Assembly (NCBI GenBank): GCA_042568575.1
Contig: JBHPIO010000014.1
Coordinates: 1 to 28,551 of the forward strand
Direction of reading: 5' to 3'
DNA: 28,551 nt
From: Patescibacteria group bacterium
GTDB taxonomy: Bacteria > Patescibacteriota > Gracilibacteria > UBA1369 > PNNO01
The translations under genes were made by a program, and so were the position numbers. The notes under the pieces are model-generated. The model had not been told where the DNA came from. It saw nothing but the letters and a program-made list of their open reading frames with translations, and did not search any database. Shown here in pieces: positions 8,622 to 18,203 of the stretch (the stretch's first letter is position 1; every line of letters begins with the position of its first letter).

Positions 8622-9419
8622 TTAGGAATTGTCCGATTGTTCAATTATTAATTCGATACTTTCGGCTTTTTTTGTGTTGCCTTCAGTTTCAATCAGCACA
8701 GCGTTGAAGGTTGTAGGTCCGTCCCCAAACTCGTGTTTTACTGGCATTTGCGTAAGGAAATTTCTAATAATAGGTTCTTTGTCTACACCGATAATTGAAT
8801 CACTTAAGCCGACCATTCCTACATCAGTAATATAAGCAGTACCTTCTTCCAAAATTCTCGAGTCTGCTGTTGGAACATGTGTATGTGTTCCAATAACTGC
8901 AGTTACGCGTCCATCCAGATAATGTGCCAGTGCTGTTTTTTCTGACGTTGCATCAGCATGTATATCTACAATAATCGCTTCTGGATTATCTAGTTTGTGT
9001 TCATCCAAAATTGCATCGATAGTCCTAAAAGGACAGTCGTAATTATGCTTCATAAATACTCGCCCCATTAAATTTACTACAAGAACTTTTTGCATTTTTG
9101 CAGTTTCAAAAAGTTGGAATCCCCTTCCAGGATTTCCAGGAGGAAAATTCGCAGGTCTAATTACTGGGAATTTCCGGTCGTCGAGTTTTGCTGCACCTTG
9201 TTTGTTTGCGTACACATGATTACCGGTTGTGAAAAAATCTACACCCGCTCTTATCATGTCATTTACAGTCTCTTCAGAAATACCTCTTCCATGAGTAAGA
9301 TTTTCGCCATTTGCGATAGTCAAATCAGGGAAATACTTTTCTTTAAGAGATGGAAGTATTTTTTTAACAGTGTCTCTTCCAGGTCTGCCTATGATGTCTC
9401 CAATAAATAGTATTTTCAT
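8622..9419 (-). CDS. ymdB: YmdB/TIGR00282 metallophosphoesterase
   Basis: GDIIG, NGEN, TGNH, RPAN, DIHA.ATSEK, GTHTHV.TAD, DVGM.G. Confidence 0.93.
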   Translation of the reverse strand: MKILFIGDIIGRPGRDTVKKILPSLKEKYFPDLTIANGENLTHGRGISEETVNDMIRAGVDFFTTGNHVYANKQGAAKLDDRKFPVIRPANFPPGNPGRGFQLFETAKMQKVLVVNLMGRVFMKHNYDCPFRTIDAILDEHKLDNPEAIIVDIHADATSEKTALAHYLDGRVTAVIGTHTHVPTADSRILEEGTAYITDVGMVGLSDSIIGVDKEPIIRNFLTQMPVKHEFGDGPTTFNAVLIETEGNTKKAESIELIIEQSDNS

Positions 9420-9509
9420 GCGGAAGCTACAATATCACATTTAATAGTTTTTTTAAAAATATTTTACATTCGTTGTGTATAGTCGAAGTTGTCTTTAACG
9501 TTCTTTGAA

Positions 9510-9938
9510 ATGAAACAAATTTTATTTATTATTTATTTTATTGGTTCAGTTTTTACAAATCAGGGTGCATATGAGCTACCAAGTGGTTTTGAAGTTATAA
9601 ATACTTGGGAGGAAAATGGAGTCCTTAGTATAGTAGACACGAATGGAAACGGAGTAGACATTTATATTGAAGGTGTCGACAGTTCTGATGTCGACATTAA
9701 TTGGACAAGTGGCAATGATAATTCAATATATCCAGTTGATACAATTGAAGTGATTCCAAAACAGGGTTTTTTGCTGAAGGCGTTTTTTTTGAAAGATGAC
9801 TATTCCAAGGAGCATGGTGCTTTTAAGGAAGAAATCATCAAAATGATGCGCAGTACTGCGCGAGGAGGAAGCCATGAGAAGGCTTGGACTGATTGCGTTC
9901 GCACTTTTGTTTACCATTTTGGTCGAGGGGAAGGCTAA
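9510..9938 (+). CDS. Hypothetical AT-rich ORF in the leader of unit 2, overlapping the M23 gene by 65 nt
   Basis: Hydrophobic N-terminus MKQILFIIYFIG and protein-like acidic region; the 3' part runs into GC-richer DNA. Confidence 0.45.
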   Translation: MKQILFIIYFIGSVFTNQGAYELPSGFEVINTWEENGVLSIVDTNGNGVDIYIEGVDSSDVDINWTSGNDNSIYPVDTIEVIPKQGFLLKAFFLKDDYSKEHGAFKEEIIKMMRSTARGGSHEKAWTDCVRTFVYHFGRGEG

Positions 9939-10887
9939 GGCTGACCCGCTCGTCTACCTACCGTTCAAATACGGCGAAATGTGGTACTGCACCCAGGGGC
10001 AGGGAGGAAGTTTCTCCCACCAGGGAAACCAGTACTACGGTTTCGATTTCAACCTGGATTCGTGGCAGAATTCGTCAGCGAATCCTGCTTTCGGGAAAAA
10101 TCTATATTCCCCGATTGATGGGCAGGTTGTTGAAATTCGCGACGGAGTCCACGACTTCACGAACAATTCTGCCTCCAACGCTTCAAACAATTGGGGGTGG
10201 GGCAATACTATCGTGATCAAGGATGAGAAAGGGATCTACTACGTCCGGCTTGCACACCTCAAGTATGGGTCAGTCGATCATCTGAACGTCGGTGATTGGG
10301 TGGATCAGGGTGAGTATATTGGGCGGGTCGGACAGACTGGCTATTCCACCAATCCACATCTGCATATGCAGATCATGAAAACGAGTATGGGCAGTTCGAA
10401 ACCATTCACTTTCGTGGAAGGTAAGCTCTATTCGTATGAGTGGATTCGGTCTAAGCTTATCCGTCGTGTTTCGGTCGTGGACAACAACGACGAGGTTTCG
10501 CTTAGCAACGACTTCACGACTGCCTACACCTACGACTACGGATACTGGCAGACCATGACTGGCGTGGATGGGTACGTCGGAAAGAACTACTACAGGCACA
10601 AGGTCAGCTCTAGCTATCACTATTTTAAGTGGCGTTTTAGTGTGAAAACCTCTGGGTATTACGCAATCTACGTCACTTTCCCGTCTTCGTCATCCAATGA
10701 TCCCGCGGCGAAATACTATTTCGGGAGCACGTACCTGAAAACTATCAACCAAGCACAAGGGAATTCTTTCTATCGTTACCTCAAGGTCAAATACTTGAGT
10801 AAATACAAAAATTACTCCATCAAGGTTAAAGGCACAACCACGAACAAATACGTAATCGCAGATGCGATTGTCCTCAGGAAGCTCTAA
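9874..10887 (+). CDS. Secreted M23 family peptidoglycan endopeptidase with C-terminal golvesin-like beta-sandwich (unit 2)
   Basis: Signal peptide ending AKA; H..GFDF, WGN, AHL, VG.TG.ST.PHLH; C-terminal ADAIVL; CGAGGAGGA at 9861-9869. Confidence 0.9.
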   Translation: MRRLGLIAFALLFTILVEGKAKADPLVYLPFKYGEMWYCTQGQGGSFSHQGNQYYGFDFNLDSWQNSSANPAFGKNLYSPIDGQVVEIRDGVHDFTNNSASNASNNWGWGNTIVIKDEKGIYYVRLAHLKYGSVDHLNVGDWVDQGEYIGRVGQTGYSTNPHLHMQIMKTSMGSSKPFTFVEGKLYSYEWIRSKLIRRVSVVDNNDEVSLSNDFTTAYTYDYGYWQTMTGVDGYVGKNYYRHKVSSSYHYFKWRFSVKTSGYYAIYVTFPSSSSNDPAAKYYFGSTYLKTINQAQGNSFYRYLKVKYLSKYKNYSIKVKGTTTNKYVIADAIVLRKL

Positions 10888-10937
10888 CGCTTCTTGAAGG
10901 GCTGTGTTTGTTTCGTAAAAAAGGAGGAAATCTATTG

Positions 10938-10970
10938 AAGCGGATTTGGCAATTGTCAGGTCCGCTTTTT
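10938..10970. terminator. Intrinsic terminator after M23, convergent with pcrA
   Basis: AAGCGGATTTGGC-aatt-GTCAGGTCCGCTT followed by a T run. Confidence 0.75.
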
Positions 10971-13142
10971 CTATGATTCTATCTTTACTAAAGGTGCAAT
11001 TGAGAGCGCAAGCCGTTTAATTCCAACTGCTGCATCTTTAAAGGCAATGGTTGCAACGTCTCCCTGAACACTCACAACAACACCTTGTCCAAATGTGTTG
11101 TGCATAACCTTGTCGCCGTCTTTCAAGTCAGCATGAGGTGAAATTTCTTCGACTGGGATTGGCTTGTCGCCAAGATCGCTAAGTGAAACATGTCGACGAT
11201 TTTCCTGTCCATAAATCGTAATCATTTTTTCAGGAATATCAGAGATAAATGGTGAAGGTGGGTTGCTTTGAGTTTCTCCGTAAAGCATTCTTTGTCTTGC
11301 GTGCAATAAATATAACTGCTCTCGTGCTCTTGTTACAGCCACATACATCAGTCTGCGTTCTTCTTCCATTTGCTCCGGTTCAAGCATACTTCTTGAATGT
11401 GGGAAAATTCCTTCCTCAAGACCGGCAATAAAAACAGTATCAAACTCAAGACCTTTTGCGGAATGAACTGTCATTAAAATCACTGCGTTGTCTTTTTCGT
11501 CGAGGCTATCAACGTCCGCAATAAGCGAAATTTCTTCTAAAAACACTGAAAGCGAAATGCCAGGGTCTAGCAAATCATACTTAGAAGCAACAGAAATAAG
11601 CTCGGCAATATTTTCGAGACGTGCTTCTCCTTCCACAGTTCCATCCATCAAAAATTCTTTATATCCACTGTCACTCAAAACATGTTTGATAACTCCCGAA
11701 GCAGGAAATTTTTCATTAACCGCTTTCAATTTCTTTATCATTTTCACAAATTTGTCGATATTTCTCATTTGTCCGTCATTCAATTCTTCAATATCAAAAA
11801 CGTTCTCCATGGCTTCATATAAAGAAAAAGCATGTTTGTTCGCAAACGCCTGAATTGTTTCGATCGTCTTGGTGCCAATTTTTCGAGGCGGCGTATTTAT
11901 TATCCGGAGCAAACTCACCGTGTCGTGTGGATTTTGAAGTGCCCGCAAATACGAAACCATATCTTTTACCTCTTTTCGTTCGTAAAACTTAATTCCACCA
12001 ACGATTCGATATGGGATTCCATATCGTAAAAATACTTCTTCCACTACACGAGATTGCGCATTCGTTCGATACAAAACTACAAAATTACTATACTGAGGAT
12101 TTTCGTATCCACGAGTTGCATCTCTAATTTTTTCCGCAATAAATTCTCCTTCATGACGTTCGTTATTCGCCGTCATTAGTTGGATATTTTCACCATCTTT
12201 ACGTTCCGTCCAAAGTTTTTTGTCTACTCGTTTTTTGTTTCTCACAATTATTTCGTGAGCTGCATCCAGAATGATATGAGTTGACCTATAGTTTTGCTCC
12301 ATCTTAACGATTTTCGCATCCTTATAGTCTTTCTCGAACTCAAGAATGTTTCTGATATCCGCTCCGCGCCAACTATAAATGCTCTGATCAGAATCGCCAA
12401 TTACACAAATATTCCGATACTTTTCAGCAAGCAAATTTATAAGTAGATACTGAGCATGGTTCGTGTCCTGATACTCGTCTATACAAATAAATTTGAATTT
12501 TTCCTGATAATAATCAAGCACATCCGGATGTTTTTTAAACAATTCAACTGTTTTCATAATCAAATCGTCGAAGTCCAAAGCGTTATTTTTCTTTAAGGCA
12601 TTTTGATAAGGCCCGTAAACCTCTGCAACTCGTTCTGTAAAATAATTTCCGGTCATTCCTTTAAACGTCTCGTGATCAATAAGCTCATTTTTCGCATTAG
12701 AAATATGATTAAGCAAAGCCTTTGGATTGAACTGTTTCGGATCAATATGCATTTCTCCCATAAGTCTCTTCATGAGAATCTGCTGATCCGCAGTGTCGTA
12801 AATCGTAAAATTATCTTCATAATCAAGAAGATGAATATGCTTTCTTAAAATTCTCACACACGTTGAATGAAAGGTCCCAACGGTAGGCTCACTTGTCTCG
12901 CCGCTTTTCTGAAGAAGCTTTTTGATGCGCTCTTTCATCTCGCTTGCAGCTTTATTTGTGAAAGTCACCGCCAAAATATTCCACGGTTTAATATTATGTT
13001 TCGAAATTAAATATGCCACTCTTTGAGTAAGCGCACGCGTTTTTCCAGAACCCGCACCTGCAATAATAACCAGAGGTCCCGTAAAATGGGTAACCGCTTC
13101 TTTTTGCTTGTCGTTAAGGTTTTTCAAGATTTCGTCTGGCAT
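10971..13142 (-). CDS. pcrA: ATP-dependent DNA helicase PcrA/UvrD
   Basis: AGAGSGKT, TFTNKAA, DEYQDTN, GD.DQSIY.WRGA, QNYRS, TVHSAKGLEF, EERRL.YVA.TRA, C-terminal Tudor-like tail. Confidence 0.97.
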   Translation of the reverse strand: MPDEILKNLNDKQKEAVTHFTGPLVIIAGAGSGKTRALTQRVAYLISKHNIKPWNILAVTFTNKAASEMKERIKKLLQKSGETSEPTVGTFHSTCVRILRKHIHLLDYEDNFTIYDTADQQILMKRLMGEMHIDPKQFNPKALLNHISNAKNELIDHETFKGMTGNYFTERVAEVYGPYQNALKKNNALDFDDLIMKTVELFKKHPDVLDYYQEKFKFICIDEYQDTNHAQYLLINLLAEKYRNICVIGDSDQSIYSWRGADIRNILEFEKDYKDAKIVKMEQNYRSTHIILDAAHEIIVRNKKRVDKKLWTERKDGENIQLMTANNERHEGEFIAEKIRDATRGYENPQYSNFVVLYRTNAQSRVVEEVFLRYGIPYRIVGGIKFYERKEVKDMVSYLRALQNPHDTVSLLRIINTPPRKIGTKTIETIQAFANKHAFSLYEAMENVFDIEELNDGQMRNIDKFVKMIKKLKAVNEKFPASGVIKHVLSDSGYKEFLMDGTVEGEARLENIAELISVASKYDLLDPGISLSVFLEEISLIADVDSLDEKDNAVILMTVHSAKGLEFDTVFIAGLEEGIFPHSRSMLEPEQMEEERRLMYVAVTRAREQLYLLHARQRMLYGETQSNPPSPFISDIPEKMITIYGQENRRHVSLSDLGDKPIPVEEISPHADLKDGDKVMHNTFGQGVVVSVQGDVATIAFKDAAVGIKRLALSIAPLVKIES

Positions 13143-13208
13143 AATTTGCGGATTTGTAAAAAGACTCGGATACAGATTATATCAGAATGAGTTTTAGATT
13201 GCGAGTTG

Positions 13209-13826
13209 TTAGGCTGCCTCTTCTTCTTCTCTATAAATCAAACCTTTGTCTGCTGGTGAAGCAGAACCTGTCATCCTATCGTAAGCATAATAATTAATTT
13301 CTTCACTAAAAAGCTCAGAAGTTATTTCTTCTACAGATTCATCATCGCGAGGATTTTCAATGCTGAGAGTATAGCGATAATGTTTGCCATTAAGAATTCC
13401 TAAGTAAATAACGCTCCCAATTGGACCTTTCCCAACAGGATAGAGACTAAGTGTCTGACCATTTACTTCTTTTACTATAGGGAGTCGTTGAACGCGATTC
13501 ACTCTACCAAAATGAAAATTGAGCAATAATAACCTTTGCATGTCATCGTTACCTTGAGTTTCTTTTAAAATTCTTTCATGAACATCATCCCAAAGTTGTC
13601 GTGTCCTATCTTGATCAACCAAATTATCATTATCTGCATCTAAAACGTTGGCATAGATAGCGGGTTCTGCATAAGTGATATAAAGCCTAGTATTAATTGC
13701 ATTGGATGCGCCACCTCTTATTTCAGCTATTTCAGGCCATACTCCGGCTTCAGGAACACTTTCCGCTGTTGAATTACCAGCTTCCCCTTTTATCTCCCAT
13801 TCGATTGTTTTGTTTGTATTGTTCAT
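13209..13826 (-). CDS. Acidic hypothetical protein
   Basis: 205 aa ORF ending EEEEAA; no recognised motif. Confidence 0.7.
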   Translation of the reverse strand: MNNTNKTIEWEIKGEAGNSTAESVPEAGVWPEIAEIRGGASNAINTRLYITYAEPAIYANVLDADNDNLVDQDRTRQLWDDVHERILKETQGNDDMQRLLLLNFHFGRVNRVQRLPIVKEVNGQTLSLYPVGKGPIGSVIYLGILNGKHYRYTLSIENPRDDESVEEITSELFSEEINYYAYDRMTGSASPADKGLIYREEEEAA

Positions 13827-13848
13827 ATTAAAATATTAATTTTTTGTT

Positions 13849-14859
13849 TTACTCATGTACCCAAACGGCAGTTCCAATCGTTGTAAAATCGTATGCGAAC
13901 TCAGCATCGGCAGGTAGAAGACGAATACATCCGTGACTTCTTCGTGTGCCAATGTGGTTTAACGCTTCTCTCCAATACGAGCCATTTCCATATCGGATGC
14001 TTGGTAGCGCATGAATTCCATAACCACCAGATCTAAATTGCATCCATTTCGGCATAATGTAGTGAGGCCATGCAGCGCTTACGCGGACTTCCTGTTTTTG
14101 GAAAACATTTGTATATCCATATGGTGTAGGAGTGCTGTATTTTCCTGTACTTACAGGGAAAGTTCGTACAATAATCTCACCAATTTTTAAGTACATCTTT
14201 TGTTGAGAAATATCTACTTCTATGCTTTTGTCTCCCATTAATTCATCTTGAGTTACACGTCGTGATTCTAGAACAAATGAAAGATAGTCTCTATTCTCAT
14301 GAGCAAACTCACCAACATCAAATGGAACGGCAAAATCGTTGTTTAGCCATTTCTTTCCTTCAATCACTACATCAAAATATTCATAATAAATCCCGTTTTC
14401 AGGTGGAGTCTTTATCCAAAATGTAAAAGACCCTTCTTCTCCGGGATTAAGTCGTGCCTGGTCTAGTTTAATTCTACTTGGAGATTGCCATCCGCTATCT
14501 CCGTCACTCAAGTTTGTATGTAAGGTGCTTTCACGATCATGAAAACGCGTAGTCCCAAGCCTTGCGATAGGCCTCAAAGCACATCCGCTATTATCAGAAA
14601 ACATAGGAGCTGTTCCAGTATTCTTAACATAAATAATAACTTTGCTTAACTCTCCAGGCTGTGTAACCTGCATTTTTCGCGTTCCCAAAAATTCATATGA
14701 ATAAGAAGGAACCGTTCCTTCTGGATATGTGTATTCACAATGAGAGGCTTGCATGGTTTCAAAACTTTGAGCAAAAACAGTTTCCGCCATAACGGTAGAC
14801 GAGAGTAGTCCGCCGCTTAATGCCTGTAAAATTCCTAAATATGATAGTAATTTTTTCAT
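13849..14859 (-). CDS. Secreted L,D-transpeptidase (YkuD) with N-terminal NBR1-like Ig domain
   Basis: FPVSTG..TP, YGIH, SHGCIRL; PGE.G.F.F.I..P..G.Y.E.F Ig motif; start MKKLL. Confidence 0.9.
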   Translation of the reverse strand: MKKLLSYLGILQALSGGLLSSTVMAETVFAQSFETMQASHCEYTYPEGTVPSYSYEFLGTRKMQVTQPGELSKVIIYVKNTGTAPMFSDNSGCALRPIARLGTTRFHDRESTLHTNLSDGDSGWQSPSRIKLDQARLNPGEEGSFTFWIKTPPENGIYYEYFDVVIEGKKWLNNDFAVPFDVGEFAHENRDYLSFVLESRRVTQDELMGDKSIEVDISQQKMYLKIGEIIVRTFPVSTGKYSTPTPYGYTNVFQKQEVRVSAAWPHYIMPKWMQFRSGGYGIHALPSIRYGNGSYWREALNHIGTRRSHGCIRLLPADAEFAYDFTTIGTAVWVHE

Positions 14860-14934
14860 AGCCTTTTTTGTTATTTGTTTCATCGTTGACAAAACTCCCA
14901 TTTATATTTTACCTTATTCCGAGGAAGAATTCAA

Positions 14935-15381
14935 TCATTCTTTCAGTTTTTCCAGCTCCTTCTGGAATGATTCCACATCTTTAAAGTGTCTATAAACAGA
15001 TGCAAAGCGGATATAAGCCACTTCATCAAGCTTTTTAAGCGCATCCATAATGTTTTCTCCAATCATCTCACTAGGTATTTCCTTGCCATAATTCTGCCAT
15101 TTTTCCTCTAAAATTCTAATAAGATCATCGACTTGCGCTTGAGTAACGGGTCTTTTCTCACAAGCTCTCCATAAACCTTTCTCTACTTTTTCACGACTGT
15201 ATGGCTCACGCACATCATTTCTCTTACAAACAATCATGTGTTTATGCTCAACTCTTTCAAAAGTAGTGTAACGATACATGCATTTTTGGCATGCACGACG
15301 TCTTCGAATCGCATTTCCCTCGTTAGTTTCTCGCGAGTCAAGTACACGTGTGTGTTTTCCATTACAGTTTGGGCATTTCAT
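14935..15381 (-). CDS. nrdR: Transcriptional repressor NrdR
   Basis: MKCP.C, V.DSR, IRRRR.C..C..R.TTFE, ATP cone, D.VAYIRFASVY. Confidence 0.97.
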   Translation of the reverse strand: MKCPNCNGKHTRVLDSRETNEGNAIRRRRACQKCMYRYTTFERVEHKHMIVCKRNDVREPYSREKVEKGLWRACEKRPVTQAQVDDLIRILEEKWQNYGKEIPSEMIGENIMDALKKLDEVAYIRFASVYRHFKDVESFQKELEKLKE

Positions 15382-15384
15382 ATA

Positions 15385-16527
15385 TTATTGATTAAGCCTT
15401 GTCCAAGTTGATTCTGCGAATTTATCAGTCATTCCGGCAATATAATCTCTAACTACAATTTCTTTAGGTTCTCCGTTTTTTATTTCTTCCTGATGCTTTT
15501 GTGGGAGAAGCTCCGCATTGCCATAAAGAGCTTCAAAAAGATCACTAACGATTTGTTTTCCGAGATTTAGCTGTGCCGCTACCTTCTTACTGAAATAAAA
15601 TTTGTCAGTTAAAAGGCGGCGTAGTTTCTCGAGATTATTAATTGTTGCAGAACTATGACGAATAAGTGGTTCAGGAAAATTCCTTACATCCTCAATCGTA
15701 ACTATGCCCTGCTTTTCAAGCCCTTTTTCACTTTCTTGATACAGGTCTTGGACCATATAGTCAATAAGATTGCTTATACATCGCTGCACATACGATTCAT
15801 CTTTTTCGAGTTTTCCATACTTTTTTTCGACTTTTTCTGCCGCTGCCTCCCACAGTTCAATGCCTTTTAGATCTTCAAGAGTAATTAATTTAGATCGCAG
15901 GCCATCGTCCAAATCATGGTTTGTGTATGCAATTTCATCCGCGAGATTTACAACCTGAGCCTCCAAATGTGGAGAATGCTCGTAATCGCCATGTGGATTA
16001 TCCCATGACGTTTTATGCTTAATTAAGCCATCAAGTACTTCGACGCTTAAATTCAGGCCATCAAAATCCGGATACCTTTTTTCGAGTTTTTCAACTATAC
16101 GACGGCTTTGTTCGTTATGCTCAAAATGCAGTCCGTATCTTTGCATAATTTCATCCAGAACACTTTCTCCGATGTGACCAAAAGGTGTATGCCCAAGATC
16201 ATGTGCCAGCGCAATACTTTCAGCAAGATCCTCATTTAGCCCTAAAGTACGACAAATATCACGCGAAATTTGCGAAACTTCAAGCGTGTGAGTGAGTCTG
16301 TTTCGGAAATGATCGCCAAAATGAGCCACAAAAACTTGAGTTTTTGTTTCTAAACGGCGGAATGCCTTTGAATGAATTATTCTATCTCGATCTTTTTGAA
16401 AACAAAGCCTGTTATCTCCCGACTTATTTTCTTGATGCTTCCTGCCAGCCGAATTTTTGCTTAGCATGGCATAAGAGATAAGTCTCTTTGCTTCATTTTC
16501 TTCGAGTTGTTGTTTTGTTAGAAGCAT
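15385..16527 (-). CDS. dgt: dGTP triphosphohydrolase (HD domain)
   Basis: FQKDRDRIIHS.AFRRL..KTQV, RLTHTLEV, HDLGH.PFGH.GE, DYIAGMTD; probable start MLLTK. Confidence 0.93.
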   Translation of the reverse strand: MLLTKQQLEENEAKRLISYAMLSKNSAGRKHQENKSGDNRLCFQKDRDRIIHSKAFRRLETKTQVFVAHFGDHFRNRLTHTLEVSQISRDICRTLGLNEDLAESIALAHDLGHTPFGHIGESVLDEIMQRYGLHFEHNEQSRRIVEKLEKRYPDFDGLNLSVEVLDGLIKHKTSWDNPHGDYEHSPHLEAQVVNLADEIAYTNHDLDDGLRSKLITLEDLKGIELWEAAAEKVEKKYGKLEKDESYVQRCISNLIDYMVQDLYQESEKGLEKQGIVTIEDVRNFPEPLIRHSSATINNLEKLRRLLTDKFYFSKKVAAQLNLGKQIVSDLFEALYGNAELLPQKHQEEIKNGEPKEIVVRDYIAGMTDKFAESTWTRLNQ

Positions 16528-16625
16528 TGCTTTTGCTGTGAGGGGTTCAATTATGCCATAAGTTTTCGTGTGAACGCTAGTCCAGTAATATTGTGCAAAA
16601 TTCTGTAAAGTTATATCCTGTGAAT

Positions 16626-17552
16626 ATGAGCAAATCATCAAAATCAATATCCGGTTTAATTCGCCAATTCCTCGAGCATGTTGAGGTTGGAAAAAACCAG
16701 TCAAAAAAGACAATCGAAAATTACGAGCACTATTTAAATCGATTTCTCAATTGGTATGGTGACAAAAAACCGCACCTAATAAAACTTAATGATATCCATA
16801 AATATCGACTTTTTTTGAATCGTTATCAGGATGATAGAGGGCGAACATTAGGCGTAAAAACGCAGAACTATCACGTTATTGCGCTTCGTGCTTTTCTCAA
16901 ATATCTTACAAAAAATGATATTCCAACTTTGCCGCCGGAAAAAATTGATCTTCAAAAAATCCCGGAAAGAACAGTTGAATATCTAACGCGTGAAGAGTTA
17001 GAGCGTTTGTTTGGAGCAGTTGGAACCGGAACTTTAATGGCGCTTCGCAATCGAGCAATACTTGAAACTCTTTACTCAACTGGCCTTCGTGTGAGTGAGC
17101 TTGTATCGCTTAACAGGCAACAAATCGATCTTAAACGAAAAGAATTCATGGTTCGTGGAAAAGGCAAAAAGCCGCGAATAGTATTTCTATCTGATAGATG
17201 CGTGAAGCACATAAAGTCATATCTAAGCATGCGTGACGACAACTTTGAACCTGTTTTCATTAATCATGGTCGGTCGCGAAAAGGGGACGATATCACTGAA
17301 AGCGAAAAGAAGCGTTTGACGACTGTGTCAGTTGAAAATATCGCACGAAATACTGCTTTAAAAGCGGGAATAATCAAAAAAGTCACGCCTCATGTTTTAA
17401 GACATTCCTTTGCTACAGAGCTACTATTAAACGGCGCTGATATTCGCAGTGTTCAGGAAATGCTTGGGCATGCTTCAATCACGACTACACAGATTTATAC
17501 GCATGTGACGAATAAACGATTACGCGAAATTCATGAGAAGTTTCATAAATAG
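16626..17552 (+). CDS. XerC/XerD-family tyrosine recombinase
   Basis: LYSTGLRVSEL, GKG.K.R, TPH.LRHSFAT.LL.NGAD.R.VQEMLGH....TTQIYTH; TTGTGC-17-TATCCT promoter 6 nt before ATG. Confidence 0.93.
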   Translation: MSKSSKSISGLIRQFLEHVEVGKNQSKKTIENYEHYLNRFLNWYGDKKPHLIKLNDIHKYRLFLNRYQDDRGRTLGVKTQNYHVIALRAFLKYLTKNDIPTLPPEKIDLQKIPERTVEYLTREELERLFGAVGTGTLMALRNRAILETLYSTGLRVSELVSLNRQQIDLKRKEFMVRGKGKKPRIVFLSDRCVKHIKSYLSMRDDNFEPVFINHGRSRKGDDITESEKKRLTTVSVENIARNTALKAGIIKKVTPHVLRHSFATELLLNGADIRSVQEMLGHASITTTQIYTHVTNKRLREIHEKFHK

Positions 17553-17554
17553 CT

Positions 17555-18133
17555 TTATGCCTTTATAGCTTCTGCAGCTTGTGCGGCTTGATCAGCAACA
17601 CCTTCAACAGCAGCAACCGTCGTTTCTGTTCCTACTTGATCAGCTTCGTTCAATTTTTCAAAATATAGTGTTGATATCAGGTTTGAATATTCTGTTTCAC
17701 CAAGCTCTCTTTTCAAAAGAGCAGCAATCCTTTCTCTTTCATTTGGAAATTCTGAAAATGCTTTTCTAGCTAGCTGTAAAACTAATTTCTCTTTTTCTTC
17801 TTGTTCGGCTTTATTATCTCTATCTTGTTGAATGTAATCACGATTATCTGTATTTGAACAGCGAGCAAATATCCCTGCAATGCTTTTTAATCTTTGGGCA
17901 AGGGTTGTAAATGTAGTTTCTATATCTTCAATTGTTAATTCATTTCCACCTAAAAATTCAACAAAGCCTTCAATTGTTAATTCATTTCCGTCTAAAAATT
18001 CAACAAGGCCTTCAATTGTCAATTCATCTTTATCCAATAAACTAATAACTTCTTCAGCTACTTTCTTTGTTGCTGCAACTCTTTCTTCTTCTGTTAATGC
18101 TTTATCTTCTACTGTTCTAATATCTTCTGCCAT
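17555..18133 (-). CDS. Acidic hypothetical protein with internal 14-aa repeats
   Basis: ELTIEGLVEFLDGN / ELTIEGFVEFLGGN / ELTIED; own TTGACA-17-TAGTCT promoter at ~18166-18194. Confidence 0.75.
   Translation of the reverse strand: MAEDIRTVEDKALTEEERVAATKKVAEEVISLLDKDELTIEGLVEFLDGNELTIEGFVEFLGGNELTIEDIETTFTTLAQRLKSIAGIFARCSNTDNRDYIQQDRDNKAEQEEKEKLVLQLARKAFSEFPNERERIAALLKRELGETEYSNLISTLYFEKLNEADQVGTETTVAAVEGVADQAAQAAEAIKA
17926..18027. repeat. 42-bp tandem repeat, ~2.4 copies
   Basis: CTTCAATTGTTAATTCATTTCC.. at 17926, 17968 and 18010 (partial). Confidence 0.9.
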
Positions 18134-18203
18134 AATTAATTTAGGTTAAAATTTAGTCAGATGAAAGACTATACATATATGGAGGATTTGTCAATACGGG
18201 CTG

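Noticed and set aside
16528-16625. dif site or NrdR box next to xer/dgt
   Set aside because: No convincing match to either consensus by eye.
16528-16713. N-terminal extensions of dgt and xer (similarly for the M48, LDT and trmH ORFs)
   Set aside because: They overlap divergent genes or promoters; downstream ATGs fit the family starts better.
16626-17552. Tyrosine recombinase as a prophage or integron integrase mobilising the GC-rich units
   Set aside because: It looks like chromosomal Xer, with no evident IntI-specific insertion and a housekeeping context. No attC-like GTTRRRY/RYYYAAC boundaries or direct repeats were found around the units.
17926-18027. CRISPR-like repeat
   Set aside because: Contiguous in-frame coding repeats without unique spacers; no cas genes.
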